Shown in pieces: positions 48,116 to 57,358 of a stretch of 64,000 nt of DNA. Source of the DNA: Acidisarcina sp. (GTDB taxonomy: Bacteria; Acidobacteriota; Terriglobia; Terriglobales; Acidobacteriaceae). The notes beneath the pieces are model-generated. The model did no database searches. It saw nothing but the letters and a program-made list of their open reading frames with translations, and was not told where the DNA came from. The stretch lies in contig DATLIY010000007.1 of assembly GCA_035539175.1 (NCBI GenBank), positions 1,245,759-1,309,758 on the forward strand. The letters run 5' to 3'. The translations under genes were made by a program, and so were the position numbers. Every line of letters begins with the position of its first letter. Within the stretch, counting starts at the first letter, position 1.

Positions 48116-51100
48116 CTACCAGATCACCTTGAAGGCAAGTTGGATCTCCCGCGAGTCGGTTGTCGTTTGGTCAATGACGCCAGCACCATCCTGCCGGGGA
48201 TAGGCAAGAGATCCATCAGCGTTGGCTCCTGGGGCGAACAGCGTGTTGTTATCCAGTGGAGACTGGAAGTTTGTATGGTTCAGGACATTGAAGAACTCCA
48301 CCCGTACCTGCGTAGAAAAGCTCTCGGAGATACGCCGGAATGGGGTGTTCTTGTAGACGGAGAAGTCCAGATTCCGTAACGCGGGGCCAGACAGTATGTT
48401 CCGTCTCGCGTTTCCGAGCTTGTTAATGCAGGTGGGAAACGGCAGCACCGGATTGCAGTACTGGCTATAGAAGGAGGCCGATGGAGCCGTCGGCATGGAG
48501 AAGCACTCTGTCTTGATGTAATTGTTGATGTGGCCGGGATTCACCAGCGACTTGCACCCGGGAGTCGAGAGCCTGTCAGGAAACGAGAATGGGTCGCTAC
48601 TGTTCTGTCCCACTGCGTCGCCTCCAACCAGGACCGTAAACGGCTGTCCATCCTGCGCGCTGAAGATGCCTCCCAGCTCCCATCCTCCCAGGAGCTTCTG
48701 CCCCAGAAGCCGGTTGATGTGTGGACTCGGCACATCCCATGTCGTGCTCAGGCTAAGCACTCTTGGGGTGTTAAAGTCCGAGACGGACTTGGTGAGGCGC
48801 AGGTCATACCAGTGCAGACTGCTGAGAGAGTTGCCGTAGGAGTCTGCTCCCGAACCCGTGGAGTTGTTGTCCATACTCTTGGACCAGGTATAGGAGCCCT
48901 GGAACTGGAAGCCCTTGCCCATGCGCTTTGTAACGCCGATGTCCAGCGCGTGATAGGAGGAGCTGCCATTCCACCACAGCGAGCGAATCGCGCCAAAGTT
49001 GGGGTTTAAGGTGGGAAGAGTCGCTGTGGGATCGGCCGAGTAAGGAAATACATAGCCGGCCGGCGTCAGGGTCGGTAGCGTCATGTCCGCGTCATCCACC
49101 TTGAATTGCTGATGCAGTCCACGGGAGCCGACGTAGCCGACAATTACCCCCAGGTTCGGAGTGATTTCGCGTTGGATGTTCAGTCCCCATGTCATCACGT
49201 AATTCCGATGCGGCTTCTGCTGTATATAAGTGGATGCGAGCGAGTTGACGCCCAACATGGGATACGCACCCTTAAAGAATGTGCCATCCAGACCAGAGCT
49301 GACGGTTCCTACTTTATAGAAAGGAGCGGGGCGCACCTCCAGCAAAGCGACTACGTAAGGAAGCGGGAGAACGTCGAACATTCCAAAGGCGCCATGCACA
49401 ACCGTTTTGGAGTTTCCAACCGGATCCCAGGCAAAACCCAGACGAGGCTCGAAGTCGTGTAACGTGGGGTTGGCAAAGAGTTGTCCTCCAATCTTTGGAG
49501 TCGCATCCGCGATGTTCCGCAAGCTTACAAACTTGCCGTGAGCCTCACTGGGCACGGTGGTAATTTCATACCGCAGACCAAGATCGAGTGTGAGATTTTT
49601 GTGAAGCCTCCATGTGTCCTGCACGTAGACACCGAATATCGTCTGACGAATGTTGCGAGGTGTTGCCCCGCCAAGGGCTGAATCGAAGCTGTCAGGCTTG
49701 TTGGTAAGAAAGGCCTCGAGCGAACCAAAGGCCCAGTTACCTGCGGCATCCGCATAAGCGGTAGAGTTACTGCGAATATTTTCGTAAGCAGCGCCGAACT
49801 TCAGGCTGTGATTGCCGCGCGTCCAGAAGACGTCGTCATATGCCTGATAGGAGTTGTACCCGTGGGTGAAATGGTCGACCGCGCCCAATCCTCCCGGCAG
49901 GCTTGTTAGTCCACCGACGTTCACGCGGCTGGCAAACTGGCCCGGAGTCGAAGCGAGCGTCGTGTCCTTCGCCAGAGGACTGATTGGGGCTACGCCGACG
50001 TTGTTCAGTGCCGCGACTCGATTGAATCCGGCATGGAAGGCATTCAGCACGGCCGGGCTGAAGAGATGCGACTCCGATGCAGTGATGACCTGCCGCCGCA
50101 CGTGGTGTCCCTGGAGAGAAATATTCAACCCATCGGGAGCGGAATACGGTGTGTTGTCGAACATGTAGGAGCCCGACATGCTGTCGTTAGTAGTAAACGT
50201 GTGATCCACCTTCACGGTGAAGTAATTCTCGGTGAGGATCTGTTGTCCGGTGAACGAATAGATTCCCGTATCGCTCGGGCCTGAGCTCGGCGTATTCGGA
50301 AGATGCCAGAGCGGGAGGTAGGCCGCGGCTGACGGATCCACATCCACGTGACCCGTGGTCAGATTTCCCTTTCGAGCCTCTGCCGATGGCACAACGGCTG
50401 TGGTGGCAATACCCTTGCTCTGCCGAATGGATTCGTAGTCGCCAAAGACAAAAGTTTTATTCTTGTGCAGCGGACCGCCCGCAGACGCTCCGAACTGATT
50501 CCGGTTGAAAGGTGCCTTGTAGGGGTTGCCATTGGCGTCGTAATCGAAGTAGTTCCTTGCATCCAGAGCGCTATTGCGGAAGAACTCATATGCGCTGCCG
50601 TGAAAGGTATTTGTTCCCGACTTCGTAATTGCGTTGATAACTCCCCCGGAGGTCCGCCCATACTGCGCGGAGTAATTGCTGGTGACTACGGAAAATTCCT
50701 GAATGGCATCGACACCCAGCGATACGCCAAGCACGCTGCCTGGAGCACCGTTCGCGTAATCATTCACGCTGATGCCTTCCATTCGGTAGTTGTTCTGCAC
50801 CGGCTTGCCGCCACCGATCGAGAGTTGCGTGCCAAATCCGTGCTCACCGCGGTCGGCGCCGTGTGCAGGATTGGATGAGGTCTTCAGCAGCGTGACCCCT
50901 GGTTGGAGTGTGGCCAGATCGGTCCAGCTGCGGCCGTTCAGAGGAAGCTCGCGTACTGCAGTCGAATCCACAACCGAGGTGAGCTCTGAGGATCCGAGTT
51001 GAAGCAGCGGAGCCAGTTCGTCCACTTCCACCTGCTCGCTGATTTGGCCCACCTTCATCTGGACGTCGATGACCTGGCTGCCGCCCACGTTCAGCGTGAT

Positions 51101-51406
51101 TCCCTTGCGGGACGCGGTAGCAAAGCCCTGAGAAGTGACGGTGACCTCATAGCTGCCGGGACGAAGATTCGGCGCGCTGTAGAAACCGCTCTTATCACTC
51201 ACCGTTGTGCGCGTGGTCTCCGTATTGCGGTTTTCGATGACAACTTGCGCATTCGGCAATGCGGCACCGGAGGCATCGGTGATCGTTCCAGAGAGCGTGG
51301 CTCCCGTCACCTGGGCGAAGAGTTGAACATCTGTAGAAAACACCACTACCAGAGTCACCAGCAGCGCCATAGCCAGGCGCACTCCCTTGAATGTGAAAAT
51401 TGTCAT
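48116..51406 (-). CDS. TonB-dependent outer-membrane receptor with CarboxypepD_reg-like N-domain
   Basis: Start at Met30, giving the signal MTIFTFKGVRLAMALLVTLVVVFSTDVQLFAQ. Then VTGATLSGTITDASGAALPNAQVVIENRNTETTRTTVSDKSGFYSAPNL, a plug and a barrel ending ...QLAFKVIW. Same architecture as 26510..29776. Confidence 0.85.
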   Translation of the reverse strand: MTIFTFKGVRLAMALLVTLVVVFSTDVQLFAQVTGATLSGTITDASGAALPNAQVVIENRNTETTRTTVSDKSGFYSAPNLRPGSYEVTVTSQGFATASRKGITLNVGGSQVIDVQMKVGQISEQVEVDELAPLLQLGSSELTSVVDSTAVRELPLNGRSWTDLATLQPGVTLLKTSSNPAHGADRGEHGFGTQLSIGGGKPVQNNYRMEGISVNDYANGAPGSVLGVSLGVDAIQEFSVVTSNYSAQYGRTSGGVINAITKSGTNTFHGSAYEFFRNSALDARNYFDYDANGNPYKAPFNRNQFGASAGGPLHKNKTFVFGDYESIRQSKGIATTAVVPSAEARKGNLTTGHVDVDPSAAAYLPLWHLPNTPSSGPSDTGIYSFTGQQILTENYFTVKVDHTFTTNDSMSGSYMFDNTPYSAPDGLNISLQGHHVRRQVITASESHLFSPAVLNAFHAGFNRVAALNNVGVAPISPLAKDTTLASTPGQFASRVNVGGLTSLPGGLGAVDHFTHGYNSYQAYDDVFWTRGNHSLKFGAAYENIRSNSTAYADAAGNWAFGSLEAFLTNKPDSFDSALGGATPRNIRQTIFGVYVQDTWRLHKNLTLDLGLRYEITTVPSEAHGKFVSLRNIADATPKIGGQLFANPTLHDFEPRLGFAWDPVGNSKTVVHGAFGMFDVLPLPYVVALLEVRPAPFYKVGTVSSGLDGTFFKGAYPMLGVNSLASTYIQQKPHRNYVMTWGLNIQREITPNLGVIVGYVGSRGLHQQFKVDDADMTLPTLTPAGYVFPYSADPTATLPTLNPNFGAIRSLWWNGSSSYHALDIGVTKRMGKGFQFQGSYTWSKSMDNNSTGSGADSYGNSLSSLHWYDLRLTKSVSDFNTPRVLSLSTTWDVPSPHINRLLGQKLLGGWELGGIFSAQDGQPFTVLVGGDAVGQNSSDPFSFPDRLSTPGCKSLVNPGHINNYIKTECFSMPTAPSASFYSQYCNPVLPFPTCINKLGNARRNILSGPALRNLDFSVYKNTPFRRISESFSTQVRVEFFNVLNHTNFQSPLDNNTLFAPGANADGSLAYPRQDGAGVIDQTTTDSREIQLAFKVIW

Positions 51407-51490
51407 AGTTGAACCCCTTATGTTGTCGCATCGACGATCAAGATGTAAGACAACTTCTGTTCCACAGCCGAGATTGATATTACTGTCGCT

Positions 51491-51529
51491 CAATACCTGT
51501 CAAGCATTTTCTTTAACATGACAGACAAA
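51491..51529. promoter_or_regulatory. two boxes (CAATACCTGTCA and ACATGACAGACAAA) related to the 47932..47960 site
   Basis: CAATAC[A/C]TGTCA is shared with 47940..47951, and ACATG[T/A]CAGACAAA is shared 13/14 with 47944..47957. Both lie about 85-125 nt upstream of the receptor ATG at 51406. Confidence 0.4.
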
Positions 51530-51624
51530 AAATGAGGCTCTTATTCCAACATGCTCATTTCATTCGGAATCCATGGGCGCCCAATCATGGAAATCGTGAA
51601 AACCGCTGGCTGCGAGCACTCGTT

Positions 51625-52974
51625 TTATGAGGTTTTGGAGTCCGCTTTTGCGTCCAGTGCGGTTACAAATTGCGGGAGAGCGGGGTCCTGACTCCGCCCG
51701 GTTGTCACCTTGGGCAATAGAAAAGTGAGAAGAGTGCCCACCACGAGCGCCAGGACCAGGGCATAGTTGCCATACTCCATTCGCCCGCTGTAAGTGACGG
51801 ACCGGCCAACCAGGATCGGACCGATAAAGCCACCCAGGTTCCCAACCGCGTTGATCACGCCCCGGGCACCTCCGCAGATTCCCGGGGGAAACAACAGCGA
51901 CGGCATAGCCCAGAACGGGCTTTGCATACACTTTAGGAAGAGCCCGGTGAAGACCAGGAAGCCATAGGAAACCCACACCCACCGGGACGACATGGTCGCA
52001 GCCAACAGCGCCACCGCAAACCCCGCCAGCGAGAGCGCCGTCCAAAGCCGCCGGTTGCCGTCCCTGTCCGACAGGAAGCCGAAGAGATACAGGCCGCCAA
52101 GGGCCGCGACGAACGGAAGCGACGTCAGCCAACCGACCTTCCCCAGGCTCATCTTCGTCAGGTTGGCGAGCAAGGTGGGCAGCCAGAGCGTGTAGCCATA
52201 CTGTCCCGTGGTGTAGCAGATGATGATCAGAACCATGAGCCACAGATTCTTGTCAGACAGTAGCTGCTTATAGGACCCATGAACGCGGCCAGCCGCCTGG
52301 AAGGCGCGCTCGCGCTCTAAACGCTCTGCCCCCAGTGTCCCTTCCAGATACTCCCGTTCTTCGCGGGAAATCCACTTTGCTTCGCTGGGCTTATCGCTGA
52401 TCATGGGTACCCAGACGAGGATCAGCAGCAGGGATATCCCGCCCTCCAGGAAGAACAGCCACCGCCATTCATATCTCGATACGATCCAGCCGGAGACAGG
52501 ATTGGTCAGAATTGTGGAGAGCGGCAGGCTCATCAAAAACAGGGCGTTTGCCCTTCCTATCTCCTTCGCAGGAAACCACTTGCCCACCAGAACCAGGAGC
52601 GCCGGATAGACTCCCCCCTCCGCTACGCCCAGCAGAAATCGCATCACCATCAACTCCGGCGCATTGCGGACCAGCCCGGTGAGAAACGAGACCAACCCCC
52701 ACGCCAGAATCGCCCAGAATATATAGACCTTGGCGCTGAAATGCTCGGCGATATGCCCCGCCGGCACTTGCAGCAACATGTATCCGATAAAGAACATTCC
52801 GGCAGCGAGGCCCGCTCCAGCCATGGAGAGGTGCAATTCCTTGTTCATCCCGCCCGCAATCGCAAAGCTGATGTTCATCCGGTCCATGTAGGCAACGATG
52901 TAGATCAGGATGGTGGCCGGTATGATGCGCACCCATCTCGCCTTGGGGATCCCCTCGTGGCTGTCCGCTGTCAT
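51625..52974 (-). CDS. MFS transporter, anion:cation symporter (hexuronate/aldonate-type) family
   Basis: Start at Met41. 12-TM MFS with YMDRMNISFA...GYMLLQVPAG, typical of ACS-family sugar-acid transporters. Confidence 0.8.
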   Translation of the reverse strand: MTADSHEGIPKARWVRIIPATILIYIVAYMDRMNISFAIAGGMNKELHLSMAGAGLAAGMFFIGYMLLQVPAGHIAEHFSAKVYIFWAILAWGLVSFLTGLVRNAPELMVMRFLLGVAEGGVYPALLVLVGKWFPAKEIGRANALFLMSLPLSTILTNPVSGWIVSRYEWRWLFFLEGGISLLLILVWVPMISDKPSEAKWISREEREYLEGTLGAERLERERAFQAAGRVHGSYKQLLSDKNLWLMVLIIICYTTGQYGYTLWLPTLLANLTKMSLGKVGWLTSLPFVAALGGLYLFGFLSDRDGNRRLWTALSLAGFAVALLAATMSSRWVWVSYGFLVFTGLFLKCMQSPFWAMPSLLFPPGICGGARGVINAVGNLGGFIGPILVGRSVTYSGRMEYGNYALVLALVVGTLLTFLLPKVTTGRSQDPALPQFVTALDAKADSKTS

Positions 52975-53137
52975 CTCTCTCCCGTGAAACTCTGCCTCAT
53001 CCGTGAAGCAACAGCCGTGATTCGGAGCCCGATTCTCTCTACCAACGGCTTCCACGCATAGGGGAACGTAATGCTCGCAAAGAGAGGTTGTCAACTAAAT
53101 AGCTACACTTGTCTTACATTAGGGGGCCGGATTGGTC

Positions 53138-53151
53138 GTGATCGAGATCAC
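53138..53151. promoter_or_regulatory. GTGA-N6-TCAC palindrome (Rex/CRP-type box) upstream of rex
   Basis: cGTGATCGAGATCACAg lies about 48-61 nt upstream of the rex ATG. It matches the TGTGA-N6-TCACA core contained in the canonical Rex operator TTGTGAA-N4-TTCACAA. Confidence 0.5.
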
Positions 53152-53191
53152 AGTCTCCTGAAATATCCCGCCCTATATTCAGATAGATTGG

Positions 53192-53213
53192 TATCGATAT
53201 GACTTTATCGAAT
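53192..53213. promoter_or_regulatory. 22-nt palindromic element TATCGATATGACTTTATCGAAT spanning the rex start codon
   Basis: Core inverted repeat TCGATA-N6-TATCGA. 21 of 22 nt are identical to the element at 56855..56876 when that is read in the adhE direction. Confidence 0.55.
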
Positions 53214-53882
53214 GTATCGCCTGCAAAGGCGGCGGAGGCGCCATCCATCCCACAGGCTAGCCTGAAAAGGCTGCCCCAGTACCACCATTACCTGGTGGAT
53301 CTTGAGGCAAAGGGAGTACACCAGGTCTCCTGCAGCCTCATTGGCCGGGACCTGAATTGCGTCCCCGTACAAGTCCGCAAGGATTTGCAGTATACGGGCA
53401 TCATCGGCAAGCCGAAGACTGGCTATTCGGTCCCCGCACTCATCCAGGCCATTGAAACATTTCTCGGCTGGAACAATGTAAACGAGGCATTTCTTGTGGG
53501 AGTGGGAAACCTGGGCACGGCGCTTCTCGGCCATCAACGATTCTCGAAGTTTGGCCTGCGCATCGTGGCTGCTTTCGATACCGATCCTGAAAAAATCGGC
53601 CAACGGATCCACGAGAAGAAGGTATTGCCGCTCAAGAAGCTGGGCGAGCTTGCACAGCGGAAGAGTATCCATCTGGGAATCATTACGGCTCCTGCCACAG
53701 CGGCGCAGGCGGTGGCAGATGTGATGGTGAACGCAGGCATCCAGGCCATCTGGAACTTCGCCCCAGTGAAGCTGAAAGTTCCAGAACACATCTTCGTGCA
53801 TAACGAAGATCTCTACTCTTCGCTGGCGTCGCTCTCCTGGAAGTTGTCGAGACGATTCCGGAATCCCATTCAAGGAAACTGA
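53199..53882 (+). CDS. rex: redox-sensing transcriptional repressor Rex
   Basis: LKRLPQYHHYL...VSCSLIGRDLNCVPVQVRKDLQYTG wHTH plus the Rossmann motif LVGVGNLGTALL, matching Rex. Convergent with adhE. Confidence 0.9.
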   Translation: MTLSNVSPAKAAEAPSIPQASLKRLPQYHHYLVDLEAKGVHQVSCSLIGRDLNCVPVQVRKDLQYTGIIGKPKTGYSVPALIQAIETFLGWNNVNEAFLVGVGNLGTALLGHQRFSKFGLRIVAAFDTDPEKIGQRIHEKKVLPLKKLGELAQRKSIHLGIITAPATAAQAVADVMVNAGIQAIWNFAPVKLKVPEHIFVHNEDLYSSLASLSWKLSRRFRNPIQGN

Positions 53883-53913
53883 CCGGCAACCGTTGCGCGG
53901 ATTCCCGCCAGAG

Positions 53914-53946
53914 GAGTAGCGGACCTAATGGGTAGGTCCGCTACTC
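53914..53946. terminator. bidirectional terminator-like hairpin between convergent rex and adhE
   Basis: GAGTAGCGGACCT-aatgggt-AGGTCCGCTACTC is a 13-14-bp perfect stem centred in the 79-nt rex/adhE gap. Confidence 0.55.
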
Positions 53947-53961
53947 GCTCACCACAAAGGC

Positions 53962-56730
53962 TTAGTTGAGATTCGAAGCAAGCGCCTCCGCCTCCTCTAC
54001 CCTGGCGGTTAGCTTGCCATTCCCTCGCTTCGCTTTACGGGCGGGATTCGCCGTTGCAACAGCGGTCTCCTCGACCTCAAGATCCGCCTGCTCGCAGAAG
54101 GGCCGGCCATAGAAGCTGTCGAGCAGGATGGTCCGAAACTCGCGGATCAGCGGGTAGCGAGGGTTGGCGCCGGTGCACTGGTCGTCGAAGGCGTCTACCG
54201 CGAGAGCATCCAGCCTGGCCAGAAATTCGGACTCCGATACGCCGGCATCCTGGATGCTGGCCGGGATCTCGAGTTCGCGTTTCAAGCCCTCAACCCATTG
54301 AATGAGGTTCTCAACCTGATCGTCCTTCGTGGCTCCGCCCAGGCCGAGGAACTGTGCGATCTCAGCGTAACGGCACTTCGCCTTGGGACGGTCGTATTGC
54401 GAGAAGGCTGCCTGCTTGGTCGGATTGTCATTGGCGTTATAGCGGATGACATTGCAGATCAGCAGAGCATTCGCTAATCCATGGGGCAGGTGGAAGGCTG
54501 CGCCGATCTTGTGCGCCATGGAGTGGCACGCGCCCAGGAAGGCGTTCGCAAAGGCGATGCCGGCCAGTGTTGCTGCGTTGTGCACCTTCTCCCGCGCCAC
54601 CGGATCCTTGGCCCCGTTCTTATACGACGAGGGCAGATACTCCTTGAGCAGCCTGAGAGCCTGCAGAGCCTGTCCATCGGAGTACTCATTGGCCATGATC
54701 GAGACATAGGCTTCCAATGCATGGGTCACAGCGTCGATGCCGCCAAAGGCGGTCAGCGATTTGGGAAGGTTCATCACCAGGTTCGGATCGATGATGGCCA
54801 TGTTCGGCGTCAGCTCATAGTCGGCGATCGGATACTTTTTGCCCGTCGCGTCGTCCGTCACCACGGCGAACGGAGTCACCTCCGAGCCTGTGCCTGAAGT
54901 CGTCGGTATGGCGATGAGCTTGGCCTTGAGACCCATCTTTGGAAATTTATAGATGCGCTTGCGGATGTCCATAAAGCGCAGAGCCAGGTCTTCGAAATCG
55001 ACCTCCGGATGCTCGTACATGACCCACGCGATCTTGGCCGCATCCATCGGCGAGCCACCGCCGAGAGCCACAATCACATCGGGCTGAAAAGTATTTGCTG
55101 CCTCCACGCACTTACGCACCGTGGAGAGGTTCGGGTCCGCCTCCACTTGGTAGAAGGTCTCCACCTCAAGGCCCAGCTTCTTTAGTTGCGCAATCAGGTC
55201 GTCGGCATAACCATTGCGGAAGAGGAAGTTGTCAGTCACCACCAGCGCCCGTTTTTTACCGGCGATCTCCTTCAGTGCCTCGGGCACGCAGCCGCGACGA
55301 AAGTAGATGGATCCCGGCAACTTGTGCCACAACATATTTTCTGCACGCATGGCGACCAATTTCTTGTTCAGTAGATGCTTCGGTCCCAGGTTCTCCGAGA
55401 TCGAATTGCCGCCCCAGCTTCCACACCCAAGCGTCAGGCTGGGCGACAGGCTGAAGTTGTAGAGATCGCCTATGCCGCCGTGAGACGAGGGCGTGTTGAT
55501 CAGGATGCGCGCCGTCTTCATCTGCTCGCCAAAGTAGGCAACACGATCCTTCCGCTGGTCCTGATCCGTGTAGAGCACCGAGGTGTGGCCGATGCCGCCA
55601 AGAGCCACCAACCTCGCCGCAATCGCAACCGCATCCTTAAAGTCTGCAGCACGATAGAGAGCGAGGATCGTCGATAGCTTCTCATGTGCGAACGGCTCCG
55701 CCGTAGTTGCATCGCTGACTTCGCCAATCAGCACTTTGGTCGTCGCGGGCACGCGGATCCCAGCCAGCGCAGCGATTTTGGTGGCAGCCTGCCCTACAAT
55801 CTTGCCGTTCACCGCGCCGTCTACAAGAATGATGTCGCGGACCGCGTCCAGTTCCCCACCCTGCAGAATATAACCACCGTGACGGGAGAAACGGCTGCGG
55901 ATCGATTCATAGATCGAGTCGACGGCGATCACCGCCTGCTCGGAGGCGCAGATCACGCCATTGTCGAAGGTCTTCGACATGAGGATCGATGCAATAGCGC
56001 GCTTCTGATCCGCCGTCTCGTCAATGACAACCGGAGTGTTGCCGGCGCCGACGCCAATAGCCGGGGTGCCCGAGGAGTAGGCGGCATGCACCATACCGGG
56101 GCCTCCCGTGGCGAGGATGAGCTTGATCTCCGGGTGGCGCATCAGCTGGTTGCTCAGTTCAACCGTCGGCTCGTCAATCCAGCCAATAATATCTTCCGGG
56201 GCTCCGGCTTCGACAGCAGCCTCAAGCACAAGCCGGGCAGCAATGCAGGTGCACTTTCGCGCTCGCGGATGGGGACTGATGATAATTCCATTGCGAGTCT
56301 TAAGGCTGATCAGCGTTTTGAAAATTGCTGTCGAGGTCGGATTCGTAGTTGGAATGATGCCGCAAAGAAGGCCCATCGACTCCGCCATGGTGATCGTGCC
56401 AGCCTCGTCGTCCTGGCTTAGAATGCCGCAGGTCTTCTCATCCTTGTACTTGTTGTAGATGTACTCGGAGGCAAAGTGATTTTTGATAACCTTGTCCTCG
56501 ACTACCCCCATCCCCGTCTCTTCTACCGCCAGTTCAGCAAGAGGAATGCGGGCATTGGCAGCAGCCAGAGCAGCGTTCCGAAAGATCTGGTCAACCTGCT
56601 TCTGCGAGAAGCCGGCAAACTTCTGTTGCGCGGCTTTGACGCGGAGGATAAGGGCATCCAGCTCCTCACTTGTGGTGACACGGTTTTCCTGCTTCTGGGT
56701 TGCTACTAGAAATGCCTCGAAATTTGTCAT
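53962..56730 (-). CDS. adhE: bifunctional acetaldehyde-CoA / alcohol dehydrogenase AdhE
   Basis: N-terminal acylating ALDH domain and C-terminal Fe-ADH domain (ALGGGSPMDAAK, HSMAHKIG). Start at Met25, preceded by GAGGAGAG. Confidence 0.9.
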   Translation of the reverse strand: MTNFEAFLVATQKQENRVTTSEELDALILRVKAAQQKFAGFSQKQVDQIFRNAALAAANARIPLAELAVEETGMGVVEDKVIKNHFASEYIYNKYKDEKTCGILSQDDEAGTITMAESMGLLCGIIPTTNPTSTAIFKTLISLKTRNGIIISPHPRARKCTCIAARLVLEAAVEAGAPEDIIGWIDEPTVELSNQLMRHPEIKLILATGGPGMVHAAYSSGTPAIGVGAGNTPVVIDETADQKRAIASILMSKTFDNGVICASEQAVIAVDSIYESIRSRFSRHGGYILQGGELDAVRDIILVDGAVNGKIVGQAATKIAALAGIRVPATTKVLIGEVSDATTAEPFAHEKLSTILALYRAADFKDAVAIAARLVALGGIGHTSVLYTDQDQRKDRVAYFGEQMKTARILINTPSSHGGIGDLYNFSLSPSLTLGCGSWGGNSISENLGPKHLLNKKLVAMRAENMLWHKLPGSIYFRRGCVPEALKEIAGKKRALVVTDNFLFRNGYADDLIAQLKKLGLEVETFYQVEADPNLSTVRKCVEAANTFQPDVIVALGGGSPMDAAKIAWVMYEHPEVDFEDLALRFMDIRKRIYKFPKMGLKAKLIAIPTTSGTGSEVTPFAVVTDDATGKKYPIADYELTPNMAIIDPNLVMNLPKSLTAFGGIDAVTHALEAYVSIMANEYSDGQALQALRLLKEYLPSSYKNGAKDPVAREKVHNAATLAGIAFANAFLGACHSMAHKIGAAFHLPHGLANALLICNVIRYNANDNPTKQAAFSQYDRPKAKCRYAEIAQFLGLGGATKDDQVENLIQWVEGLKRELEIPASIQDAGVSESEFLARLDALAVDAFDDQCTGANPRYPLIREFRTILLDSFYGRPFCEQADLEVEETAVATANPARKAKRGNGKLTARVEEAEALASNLN

Positions 56731-56854
56731 GCTCTCCTCTAATCTCTTGCCTGCTTTCGTTAGCAGTTGAAGGGTTGAAAGGGTGATAGGCGGGACAGCC
56801 ATCTCAGGCCGGCCGGTGGAGGGATGGTGTTGCCGTTCCTTTGGCAGCTCATCT

Positions 56855-56876
56855 ATTCGATAAAGTTATATCGATA
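56855..56876. promoter_or_regulatory. 22-nt palindromic element (plus strand ATTCGATAAAGTTATATCGATA) upstream of adhE
   Basis: Lies about 125-146 nt upstream of the adhE ATG (56730). Its reverse complement TATCGATATAACTTTATCGAAT differs at one position from the rex copy. Confidence 0.55.
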
Positions 56877-56916
56877 TCCACAGGACTGATGGTACCGGCA
56901 AGCGGCTGGAGAGACA

Positions 56917-56930
56917 GTGACAGCTATCAC
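56917..56930. promoter_or_regulatory. GTGA-N6-TCAC palindrome (Rex/CRP-type box) upstream of adhE
   Basis: In the adhE direction it reads tGTGATAGCTGTCACt. By my count it is 40 nt from the 22-nt element, the same spacing as at rex. Confidence 0.5.
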
Positions 56931-57074
56931 AGCCCGTCGAGTCTCTGACCTTGCGGCGCTTTTCTTGAGGTGTCTTTGCTCGAATTTGCTGGATTGGCTA
57001 ATATCGGATGCTGTCGGAATTTCGACTGGCGGCTTTCGAGCAATTCCAAATTTGTTCCACTAGACGGAGATGAA

Positions 57075-57305
57075 ATGGCTATCAGCTTTGCTACAGATAT
57101 CCGCCCGCTATTTCGTGATGGCGACGTTCAATGCATGGGAAACGCGGGAGTTCATCTCGATGACCATGCCTGGATGCGTGTGCCCGCCAATGCGCAAAGC
57201 GTCTATGAACAAGTATCCGCAGGTACGATGCCGCCTGATGCACCCTGGCCAACGGATCAAGTTTCGCTTTTCAAGAAGTGGATGGATGCGGGCTATCCGG
57301 CCTGA
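57075..57305 (+). CDS. small hypothetical protein (76 aa)
   Basis: ATG preceded by GGAG. Sequence MAISFATDIRPLFRDGDVQCM...GTMPPDAPWPTDQVSLFKKWMDAGYP looks like a conserved small soluble protein, but I cannot name a family. Confidence 0.45.
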   Translation: MAISFATDIRPLFRDGDVQCMGNAGVHLDDHAWMRVPANAQSVYEQVSAGTMPPDAPWPTDQVSLFKKWMDAGYPA

Positions 57306-57358
57306 ACAAGGCGGATACGGCTTCTAAAATCTCCTGGCTCGCGAGTATCGAACCGACT

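Noticed and set aside
53962-54110. The C-terminal tail of AdhE (…EQADLEVEETAVATANPARKAKRGNGKLTARVEEAEALASNLN), considered as a possible extra domain.
   Set aside because: E. coli AdhE, as I recall it, also ends in a charged low-complexity tail of similar character. The length difference is small and not evidence of a new domain.
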